From positions 836,339 through 900,338 of the forward strand of contig OZ250150.1 of the NCBI GenBank assembly GCA_965237675.1: 64,000 bases of DNA, read 5' to 3'. A model generated the notes under the pieces. The model was not told the DNA's origin. It was given only the letters and a program-made list of their open reading frames with translations, and searched no databases. The position numbers and the translations under genes were made by a program. The DNA is from Candidatus Latescibacterota bacterium (GTDB lineage: Bacteria > Latescibacterota > UBA2968 > GCA-2709665). Positions 56,938 through 64,000 of the stretch are shown here, piece after piece. The stretch's first letter is position 1. Each line of letters opens with the position of its first letter.

Positions 56938-57798
56938 CTATCCCACGATCGCATTGATGTTCTGCACAATAATGTCCGTCGCGCCCAACGTGCGCAGGCG
57001 AATCAGAAGCCCCGCCGTCTGTGATTTGGGCACAACGGTTTCGATCGCGCTGGCGCAATCCGACAAAGCGCTGAGTGTCGGCGCGCGTCGGGCGGGCAGC
57101 GCATTCAGAACGGCGGACTTGTGGCGATTGTCAATGTTCAATTTAACGAGTTGCTGGTTTTCTGCCTCGAGCGCACCGGCCATCAGATCTCCCAGGGCGA
57201 CGAATTCGGAAATTCGGCTGCGTGCAATGACGACAATGGGAGATACCATGATTTCGTCTAAGATTTGCAGGCCGTTTTCGCGCAGACTGATGCCCGTTAT
57301 CGTGACACCCACGCCGGTGTCGAAAAGCTTCATCGCCACCTTGATCTCCGTGCTTCCGTGTGAGAAGTCGATATCCGCATTCGGATAGCGGTCGCGGGTG
57401 ATGGCCGGATATTCGGAACTGATCGTCACTGTTGCATTTTGCGACAACGGCGGGCTGTCCGGCCGTCCGAACAGGATGACGCGCGCGGGGTCGCGGGTAT
57501 CCCGGCTGATGTTCAGTTCCGCCTGGCGTCGAATTCGGGTGTCGAATTCGGCCCCGTGTGCGAGTTCGGTTTCGACCACGCAGTCCAATCCGCAGATTCC
57601 GCAGTCGATTTGTCCTTTCAACAGGGCCAGCGGAATATCCTGCGGGCGCATATAGACGGCCTGACTGAAAAGGTCGAGACCGTCTATCGCAACCTGACCG
57701 TTGCGTCCCCTGGGGCGAATGTCCAGGCCGATGCGGGAGAGCAGGTCGCACAGCGGACCTTGCATGCTGCCGTTGGGCAGACCGAGCGTGAAGTTCAT
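56938..57798 (-). CDS. hisG: ATP phosphoribosyltransferase, long form (divergent)
   Basis: LGLPNGS..., RPQDIPLALLKGQIDCGICGLD, HGSTEIKVAMKLFDTGVGVTITGISLRENGL, and a C-terminal regulatory-domain-like tail ending LGATDIIVQNINAIV. Collinear with E. coli HisG but divergent. Confidence 0.65.
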   Translation of the reverse strand: MNFTLGLPNGSMQGPLCDLLSRIGLDIRPRGRNGQVAIDGLDLFSQAVYMRPQDIPLALLKGQIDCGICGLDCVVETELAHGAEFDTRIRRQAELNISRDTRDPARVILFGRPDSPPLSQNATVTISSEYPAITRDRYPNADIDFSHGSTEIKVAMKLFDTGVGVTITGISLRENGLQILDEIMVSPIVVIARSRISEFVALGDLMAGALEAENQQLVKLNIDNRHKSAVLNALPARRAPTLSALSDCASAIETVVPKSQTAGLLIRLRTLGATDIIVQNINAIVG

Positions 57799-57801
57799 GT
57801 G

Positions 57802-58230
57802 TCACTCCGGGATGGTTTTGGGATCCACGAAATTGAGTTTTCCATTGTCAATGCTGCGGTAAAAGCAACCGTAGCGTGTTCGATCGTTCTCCTTTGTGTG
57901 GCACGACCCATCGCCCTTCAGGCGCACCATATAGAGCAGTGAGTTCTGCTCGCAATTGATGCGGACGTCGATCAGTTCGAGCATATCCCCTGACGTTGCC
58001 CCCTTGATCCAGAGTTCGTCGCGCGATGTACTCCAGAATGTCGCCACTCGATGTTCAAGCGCGTGACCCAGCGCCTGTTCATTGGCGTAGCCGATCAGGA
58101 GTACCGCTTTGCTATCCACATCCTGGACGGCCACGGGAATGACGGCATGGCCGGTTTCTGCAACCCTGGACAGCTTCTCGAAGTCGAGCTGGATGTCAGT
58201 GCCTTCTTCAATTGTGTGATTGGACGCCAT
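57802..58230 (-). CDS. hisI: Phosphoribosyl-AMP cyclohydrolase
   Basis: [24 protein letters not shown]...[38 protein letters not shown]...SCHT. Confidence 0.85.
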   Translation of the reverse strand: MASNHTIEEGTDIQLDFEKLSRVAETGHAVIPVAVQDVDSKAVLLIGYANEQALGHALEHRVATFWSTSRDELWIKGATSGDMLELIDVRINCEQNSLLYMVRLKGDGSCHTKENDRTRYGCFYRSIDNGKLNFVDPKTIPE

Positions 58231-58325
58231 GGCGATTTCCTTCCTGCTTGGGAATTGTGGACATTCAAGCTTTGTCGATGATCGCTACGTATACGGTTCC
58301 CGTTTCGGGAACGAATCTGGAAATC

Positions 58326-58547
58326 CGCCAGCGGCGAGGTGTCGATGCCCAGGACGTCAAACCCCTTCTGTTGAAGGTGGATGGCATGTCGGCCGGGCCC
58401 GCAGCCGATATCGAGTACGCGTCCTGAAACATAGTTCATCGACTCCTGATGAAGTGGCGGCCAGTCACTAAAGGGCTTGAAATAATCGCTCGACTTACCG
58501 GTCGATATGAGCCCATCTTCGCGTTCCACGATTTCCCGGGCGTCCAC
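58326..58547 (-). pseudogene. N-terminal fragment of a class I SAM-dependent methyltransferase
   Basis: GTG 58547. ...[33 protein letters not shown] (motif I), after which the similarity is lost and the frame runs into hisI. Confidence 0.55.
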
Positions 58548-58681
58548 GCCTTGATGAACGTCCTACATCATACGTCCGTAAGCGTCGTCATTGTGTGCCA
58601 TTTCTCAGTCACCTGTCGAAAATAAGCCAAACCAGTGAGATTGCCGTCATCGGCGAATCCGCTCATCGCCGCCACCCATCA

Positions 58682-58718
58682 AAAAAGCCCGCTGTCTCTC
58701 GACAGCGGGCTTTTGTTT
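58682..58718. terminator. Bidirectional rho-independent terminator
   Basis: AAAAAAGCCCGCTGTC-TCTC-GACAGCGGGCTTTTGTTT. Confidence 0.75.
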
Positions 58719-58738
58719 CCTACGCTTGAAATTAAGGA

Positions 58739-59044
58739 CTAGGCCACCGCCGAGCAAATTACGCGAAGGGTCGCGGAACCGCTATGATGGGTATGGCGAT
58801 GGGCGGTGTGGGAGTACCGGATCCCCGTTGGAATGTCGTTGGGTCTTCGGGGAATGGCCGCAATGTTATTCAGTGGTTTCATAGCGCCACTAAAATAGAC
58901 AAGCCGCGTTTGCCCGTCAAGGATTTTCTTCCAATACGCACCGTCGGGGCCACGTCCTTTTGCGTTGTATACGGGGGTTTGATTGCCTATTTTACGGCGA
59001 TTTCGATTGTCGATGTCAACGCCGATTTTTAGCGGCGAGGACAA
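58739..59044 (-). CDS. Possible 101-aa ORF (uncertain)
   Basis: The only ORF positioned to use the terminator at 58682-58718. No recognisable domain. Confidence 0.3.
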   Translation of the reverse strand: MSSPLKIGVDIDNRNRRKIGNQTPVYNAKGRGPDGAYWKKILDGQTRLVYFSGAMKPLNNIAAIPRRPNDIPTGIRYSHTAHRHTHHSGSATLRVICSAVA

Positions 59045-59061
59045 GATGCCCTCGATCCGGG

Positions 59062-59103
59062 AACCTCTCCCCCCGGCCCCCTCTCCTAAAGGAAAGGGGG
59101 AGG
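59062..59103 (+). repeat. G/C-rich ~40-nt REP-like palindromic element, copy 1
   Basis: AACCTCTCCCCCCGGCCCCCTCTCCTAAAGGAAAGGGGGAGG. Same family as 61228-61267 and, inverted, 61437-61478. Confidence 0.65.
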
Positions 59104-59222
59104 AAAACCAGGGTTGACCTATCGCGATAATTTGCCACGTTTATACATCGACCTCCCGCCTGGAACGCAGTTCCGCAAAGCAAAAAGCCCGTGTACCATA
59201 CGTTGAATGAGAGGATCTGGAA

Positions 59223-60983
59223 ATGTCGAAGGTGAATCCCAATGCGCTGACCGTTTCGATTGAGACCCCCATGCCGCCGCCGGAATGGGCGGTACTTGAA
59301 AGAGCATTAATTCGGGCGCAGACGCGTGCATGCGAAGCGTTCTTCAACCGGTACTTTGACTCACGGGGTTATCTCCAGTGCGTACCCCGGTGGGGTGGCA
59401 ACGACGGACCGGACGACGCGATCGAAAATCTGACAGGCTGGCCGATTCTCCACGCGGTCGGTGCGCCGGATTGCATTCTGAAGATGTACAAGCTGGGGTG
59501 GGAGGGACACCTGTTGCAGTATACGGAGGCGAAAACCGTGGAGGTGCCGCTGGCCCGGGATGGGATGATCTATAAAGAGTTTCCGGTGAGCCTGGACTGG
59601 TTCCACCACGGTGAGAGCCTGGCCGTCTTCAATTTACAGGGATTGTCGGATCCATACGATATCAGCTTTCAGCACCGTGCGCGCAGGTACGCGGGACTCT
59701 ATATGGATGAGGACCCGCAGGCCAGGAATTACGATCCGGAGCATAAGATCATCCGCAGTCTGTTTACCGGAAGCCGTGGGCCCTTGCTCCGGAAGGCGAC
59801 GGCGCTGGATTGGGCGGGAGACCCAATTGAGGTGGAGGGACGATTCGGCCCGGCGCATGGCGAGCGCAATTTCGAGGAGATGCTGGCGCATTTCGAGGAT
59901 TACACGGACGTGGTTGGGGACCATCCCATCAACCTGGCGGCCACTACGCTGGGTCTGAACGCGTTTATGGTGGCTGGAGAGAAGAAATACAGGGAGTGGG
60001 TGGTGGACTACGTGGGTGCCTGGGCGGAAAGGGCAGAGGCCAACAACGGGATTCTTCCCAGCAATATCGGTTTGGACGGCACGATCGGGGGCGAGTGCGA
60101 TGGAAAGTGGTATGGCGGGTGTTACGGCTGGGGGTTCACGGTGGTCGTGCCCCAAACGGGCGAACTGGCGGACAGGAACGCGACCTACCGGGGTGTCGCG
60201 GGCTTCGGCAACGCGCTGTTGCTGACGGGCGAACGGAAATACGTGGACGTATGGCGCCGGATGCTCGCCGCGGTGAATGCCAATTCCCGGACGGTGGATG
60301 GCAGAACGGTGTACCCGCACATGTATGGCGACGACGGCTGGTACGCCTATCAGGAATCCCCATACAATCAGGGTGCGCTTGACGTCTACTACTGGTCGAT
60401 GAATCGGGAGGATCTGAAATACGTGCCCGGGAACGCTTGGCTGAAGTTTCTGGACGGAGAAAACGAGGGATTTCCGGAGACCGCCTTGCGCCGGGAATTT
60501 GCCTCAATCCGTGAAAAGGCAAACGGTATGCGCCAGGATACCAGCACGCCCGATACCCGGATGTCGGACGATACGCTGCGGTACAACCCGGCCATCAATA
60601 GCTGTCTGACCCAGTTGATGATGGGCGGATTGACCCCCCGATACGGCGAGGCGCTGCATTGCCGTTTGCGATATTTCGACCCCGTACGCCAGCGGGCGGG
60701 GATACCCGAGGACGTGGCGGCGCTCGTGGAGGGGATGACGGACGAAACGGTCACGGTGTCTCTGGTGAACGTGAATCCGGTGGATCATCGGACTGTCATC
60801 GTCCAGGCGGGGGCCTACGGCGAGCACCAGGTGACGGCGGTTCAGACCGACGACAGTACCCATTCCGTGGATTGTCCTTTCTTCACGGTACGTCTGGCGC
60901 CCGGAAGCGGCAGCCGTCTCGTTGTCACGGCAAAGCGATACGTGAATCAACCGACATTCGTATTTCCCTGGGATAGGGAATGA
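59223..60983 (+). CDS. Hypothetical 586-aa protein (possibly alpha/alpha-barrel glycosidase-like; unassigned)
   Basis: Long clean ORF with host-like G+C. No motif I can name. Confidence 0.6.
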   Translation: MSKVNPNALTVSIETPMPPPEWAVLERALIRAQTRACEAFFNRYFDSRGYLQCVPRWGGNDGPDDAIENLTGWPILHAVGAPDCILKMYKLGWEGHLLQYTEAKTVEVPLARDGMIYKEFPVSLDWFHHGESLAVFNLQGLSDPYDISFQHRARRYAGLYMDEDPQARNYDPEHKIIRSLFTGSRGPLLRKATALDWAGDPIEVEGRFGPAHGERNFEEMLAHFEDYTDVVGDHPINLAATTLGLNAFMVAGEKKYREWVVDYVGAWAERAEANNGILPSNIGLDGTIGGECDGKWYGGCYGWGFTVVVPQTGELADRNATYRGVAGFGNALLLTGERKYVDVWRRMLAAVNANSRTVDGRTVYPHMYGDDGWYAYQESPYNQGALDVYYWSMNREDLKYVPGNAWLKFLDGENEGFPETALRREFASIREKANGMRQDTSTPDTRMSDDTLRYNPAINSCLTQLMMGGLTPRYGEALHCRLRYFDPVRQRAGIPEDVAALVEGMTDETVTVSLVNVNPVDHRTVIVQAGAYGEHQVTAVQTDDSTHSVDCPFFTVRLAPGSGSRLVVTAKRYVNQPTFVFPWDRE

Positions 60984-61104
60984 TAAGCTGTCAGTGGTCA
61001 GTTATCAGAGGTCAGCTCCCCACCCAAACAGCCCCAAAGGCGGAAGTCGCAGGGAGCCGGCCAATCGCTCGGAATCGGCCGGAAACGCAAGACGGACTCT
61101 AATC

Positions 61105-61215
61105 TGAATTATTCATGAATTGTCACGGATCGCAGTTTCACGAAGCAGAAACAGCTTCTGAGTGAATAGAGAAAGTGAATCCCCATGTGTAATACATTCT
61201 GGATTTGGATCGTTT
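61105..61215 (-). repeat. Solo copy of the IS1380-family right terminus (inverted relative to 48910-49020)
   Basis: ATTCATGAATTGTCACGGATCGCAGTTTCACGAAGCAGAAACAGCTTCTGAGTGAATAGAGAAA versus the reverse complement of 48940-49015, ATTCATGAATCGTCACGGATTGCAGTTTCAGGAAGCAGAACCAGCTACCGAGTGAATTGAGAAA. Confidence 0.7.
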
Positions 61216-61227
61216 GAAACAAACGAG

Positions 61228-61267
61228 ACCTACCCCCTATCCCCCTTCCTGCGAGGAAGGGGGAACT
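61228..61267 (+). repeat. REP-like element, copy 2
   Basis: GACCTACCCCCTATCCCCCTTCCTGCGAGGAAGGGGGAAC; hairpin CCCCCTTCC-TGCGA-GGAAGGGGG. Confidence 0.65.
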
Positions 61268-61436
61268 GTGATCGGCTGATGAACGGTTGGATTGGATGAA
61301 GACGTTTCGATTGATGAAAAAATCCGGTCGAAATATCGTGATTGGTCGGCGAGTTGCGCTTGGGAAAGTGACGAGATGGCGTTTTTCAATCAGTCAGATA
61401 TTGCATAAAATATCGTTTACACGATACGTAGTCCGA

Positions 61437-61478
61437 CTCCCCCTCTCCTCGCAGGAGAGGGGGACGGGGGGAGAGGTT
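61437..61478 (-). repeat. REP-like element, copy 3 (inverted)
   Basis: CTCCCCCTCTCCTCGCAGGAGAGGGGGACGGGGGGAGAGGTT is the reverse complement of the copy-1 consensus. Confidence 0.65.
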
Positions 61479-61548
61479 CTTTTTTGTTAATCATGCAGGC
61501 TATGACGAAGCGCGTCAACGTGGCGTTCAAACTTACGGAGGATGTGAA

Positions 61549-62391
61549 ATGAGTCTGGATATCGAAAGGTGGCTCCGCCGACCCAAGATCGACGTGCATT
61601 GCCACGTCTGGAATCTGGGGAACGAGGCGGAAGAGGCGACCTCCGCCGAGCGGTTGATCTCGGCGGGCGAGATGCTGGGCATTACCGAATACTGGTGTTC
61701 TTCGCCCATTACGGGTGGACGGCTCGCGAGTATTGAAGAAGTGCGCGCGGAGAACGACGCGGTGTTGCGGGCCATGAAACGCTTTCCCGAACAAATCCGG
61801 GGCATGTGTTTTGTGATTCCGGGGCACTACCGGCAGGCGGTGGACGAGGTGGACCGGTGCCTCGACGCGGGGATGATCGGCGTCAAACTCTACAACCAGT
61901 ACCGGATCAACGATCCGGCGGTGTTTCCGGTTATCGAACGTGTGATCGAGCGCGGGGTGCCTCTCCTGGAGCACGCGGGTTTCGTGTGTGGCAGAGAATT
62001 CCTGGATCAACAGCCGCTGATTTCCGATGGACGTCATTTCGCGGAGATGAACCGGTTGTATCCGGAGGCGATGGTCATCCACGCCCACATCGGCGGCGGC
62101 GGCGACTGGGAAAACACGATTCGCGCAATGCGGAACACGTCGCCCAACCTGGTCTGCGACGTCAGCGGCAGCAATCTGGATGACGGACAGGTCGAACTCG
62201 CCGTGGCCGAAATGGGGCCCCACCGGGTGTTGTTCGGCACGGACGGCACCATGACCGGCAGCGTTGGGAAGGTCATCGACGCAACACTGACGGACGAGGA
62301 AAAGGACCTGATTTTCTGGGGCAACGCGGAGCGGATTCTGGCCGCCCAGGGCGCGGCGCCGATCTTGACGGAGAAGGAGGCCGTGGCATGA
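61549..62391 (+). CDS. Amidohydrolase-2 family metal-dependent hydrolase
   Basis: IDVHCHVW metal-binding start; TIM-barrel hydrolase length. ATGA overlap with the next gene. Confidence 0.7.
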   Translation: MSLDIERWLRRPKIDVHCHVWNLGNEAEEATSAERLISAGEMLGITEYWCSSPITGGRLASIEEVRAENDAVLRAMKRFPEQIRGMCFVIPGHYRQAVDEVDRCLDAGMIGVKLYNQYRINDPAVFPVIERVIERGVPLLEHAGFVCGREFLDQQPLISDGRHFAEMNRLYPEAMVIHAHIGGGGDWENTIRAMRNTSPNLVCDVSGSNLDDGQVELAVAEMGPHRVLFGTDGTMTGSVGKVIDATLTDEEKDLIFWGNAERILAAQGAAPILTEKEAVA

Positions 62392-63185
62392 GGTACGTCG
62401 ATATCAATGCGTGGTTGGGTTCCTGGCCCTTTCGGGGATTGCGGGACAATACGCCTGAAACACTCATCCGACGGCTGGACCGGGCCGGGATCGCCACGGC
62501 CGCCGTATCCCGGATCGACGCGATATTGCACCGGAGCGTACAACCGGGTAACGAACGGTTGGCGGAGGATCTGGAGGGGTTTACTGATCGATTGATTCCG
62601 ATGGCGACAATCAATGCGGCCGATCCGAATTGGGAAGGCGATCTGCGCCGCTGCCACGAAAATCTGAACATGAAAGGCGCACGGCTGTTTCCGCAGTATC
62701 ACGAATTCGCCGTGGACGGACCCGAAGCCCGCAGGGTCGTGGCGGCGTGCACCGAGCGGGGGCTTCCGGTGTTCATTCCGCATCGGATCGAAGACGTCCG
62801 GCAGAGGCACTGGATGGACCCCGGGCGGATGGTGGATCTCAATGGCGTGGCGAATCTTATTGCCACGGCCTCCGGGGCGACAATCGTGATTCCGAATGCG
62901 CGAGGGCTTGCGAACACCCCCGTCTGGCAACGCACGGAGATTCGGGACCGCGACTGGTATTTCGACCTGTCCCTGGCGGAAGTACACTACACATTGAGTC
63001 GAAACGTGAATCAGATGGGCGATCTGTCGGATTTCATCGAACAGGGCGGCGCGGATCACCTCGTATTCGGCACACACGCTCCGTTCTCCTATCCTTCGGC
63101 GGCCAGGGTCAAGTGTGCGGTGTTGCCGGTGGATAACGAAACCCTTGAAGAAATCTGTTACAGGCGGGCGGAACGGATGTTGTAA
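62388..63185 (+). CDS. Amidohydrolase-2 family-like protein
   Basis: 265 aa, coupled (ATGA 62388-62391) to the upstream amidohydrolase. MRYVDINAWLGSWPF start resembles metal-poor members of the family. Confidence 0.6.
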   Translation: MRYVDINAWLGSWPFRGLRDNTPETLIRRLDRAGIATAAVSRIDAILHRSVQPGNERLAEDLEGFTDRLIPMATINAADPNWEGDLRRCHENLNMKGARLFPQYHEFAVDGPEARRVVAACTERGLPVFIPHRIEDVRQRHWMDPGRMVDLNGVANLIATASGATIVIPNARGLANTPVWQRTEIRDRDWYFDLSLAEVHYTLSRNVNQMGDLSDFIEQGGADHLVFGTHAPFSYPSAARVKCAVLPVDNETLEEICYRRAERML

Positions 63186-63218
63186 GCCACGTTATATTAA
63201 TGTAGAGGGCGATGACGC

Positions 63219-64000
63219 ATGGTCACCGTAGACATGATAACCAGACTGGAGGGCGCGTGCATACCCGCCGCCGAGACGCCGACGAGCCGGCGTTATCTGA
63301 GGATGGCACAGAAGTGGTTTCCGACCGCGCTGAGCTATTTTGAGGACTGGGGTGAGCGCCCCCGTTGCGGGCATTTTTTCGGCGGGGTCCATTGGTACGG
63401 CATAGAGACGGCGGTTCCATTGCACGCCCTCGCCGCGGTGAGCACCTCGCCGGAGTACGATGAAAACACGACGGGATTGTCGATTGACGACCTCCGGGAG
63501 GTTGTCATCAAGGCGATCAGGTACCTGTGTTTCACGCACGATACGGGCCCCGGGGAATGCCTGCGTCCGTCCACGGGGCTGGGAATGCCCAGGTCCTGGG
63601 GTACCAAGTGGGGGGAAAGAGGCCGGGGATTTTTTCCGGAAAGCCAGTGCGGCGGGACCATCGCGAATATGACCGCCGCGGCCCTGATGTTGCGGCCGTA
63701 CGTGGACCACGAAACACGGATGATGCTGGCGGAAATCTGTATCGACTATCTCGAACGGTTTGGAGAAATGGCGCCGAAGAGCGGCGTCTACGCCGATACG
63801 CAAATGGAGGAGAACGCGTGGACGGCGCACGGCCTGGCGGCGTGCTATCTGTTTCTGTCCGGACACGAGCGTGCGGAAGCATGGGAAACATGCGCCCGGC
63901 GGTGGATGTTTTCGGCCTGCGCAACGCCGCAGGACCGGTTCAACGAAGGCGTGCTGGAAACCGGGTTGACGGCCGCAGCGCTGACCGGGAAGACATTCAC
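63219..64000 (+). CDS. Hypothetical protein, partial (runs off right edge)
   Basis: Own translation from ATG 63219: MVTVDMITRLEGACIPAAETPTSRRYLRMAQKWFPTALSYFEDWGERPRCGHFFGGVHWYGIE... The frame is open to the window end. Absent from the track because there is no stop. The minus-strand ORF 63192-63866 is its shadow. Confidence 0.5.
   Translation, partial: MVTVDMITRLEGACIPAAETPTSRRYLRMAQKWFPTALSYFEDWGERPRCGHFFGGVHWYGIETAVPLHALAAVSTSPEYDENTTGLSIDDLREVVIKAIRYLCFTHDTGPGECLRPSTGLGMPRSWGTKWGERGRGFFPESQCGGTIANMTAAALMLRPYVDHETRMMLAEICIDYLERFGEMAPKSGVYADTQMEENAWTAHGLAACYLFLSGHERAEAWETCARRWMFSACATPQDRFNEGVLETGLTAAALTGKTF

Noticed and set aside
1-64000. CRISPR arrays, tRNA/tmRNA and rRNA genes.
   Set aside because: There are no regularly spaced 25-40-nt direct repeats. 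The triple repeats at 28503-28552 and 28622-28656 are too short and lack spacers. A by-eye search for T-loop-like GGTTCGAAT/GTTCGA contexts found only coding sequence without acceptor or T-stem pairing. Cannot be fully excluded without tRNAscan/Infernal.

Overview
G+C-rich bacterial chromosomal window, probably from an uncultured environmental lineage. I found no rRNA, tRNA or CRISPR array. The core flanks carry catabolic and housekeeping genes. On the left (1-6.1 kb): transketolase-like TPP protein, sugar-phosphate isomerase, YjhG-like IlvD/Edd dehydratase, Sfp-type PPTase, and a homocysteine/betaine S-methyltransferase-family gene. In the middle (28.8-40 kb): dimethylglycine-dehydrogenase-like flavoprotein, 1-Cys peroxiredoxin, HAD hydrolase, PhyH dioxygenases, cytoplasmic sulfatase, TPP enzyme, lipoprotein. 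On the right (49.6-64 kb): a 2099-aa cohesin/dockerin/cadherin/FN3 surface protein, a hisI-hisG pair, amidohydrolases. There are two accessory regions. (1) A ~22 kb defence island (about 6.1-28.7 kb). Every gene from 5109 to 31233 is on the minus strand. The island sits between two genes of the glycine-betaine demethylation route. It holds a DUF4143 AAA ATPase, a coupled pair of an unknown 149-aa protein and a DUF1828/DUF1829 protein, a frameshifted GIY-YIG/DUF4357 gene, a TPR membrane protein, a tightly coupled four-gene operon ending in a SIR2-family protein, an AlbA_2 protein, an MmeI-like Type IIL restriction-modification enzyme preceded by a HEPN-like protein, an ABC/AAA ATPase + DUF4276 pair, a class II Fic protein, an AlbA_2/HATPase protein, an orphan MazE-like antitoxin and a Phd-VapC pair. 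REP/REPIN-like repeats are interspersed. (2) A ~9 kb lower-G+C island (40163-49020). It truncates a duplicated lipoprotein gene and carries IS1595- and IS1380-family transposases, an NYN-domain protein and many small or membrane ORFs. The best candidates for an undescribed system are the SIR2 operon (11521-15290), which lacks the partners of every known SIR2 defence system, and the 7512-8722 gene pair. A separate notable signal is an in-frame TGA followed by a SECIS-like hairpin in the methyltransferase gene. All domain calls rest on motif recognition by eye; no searches were run.
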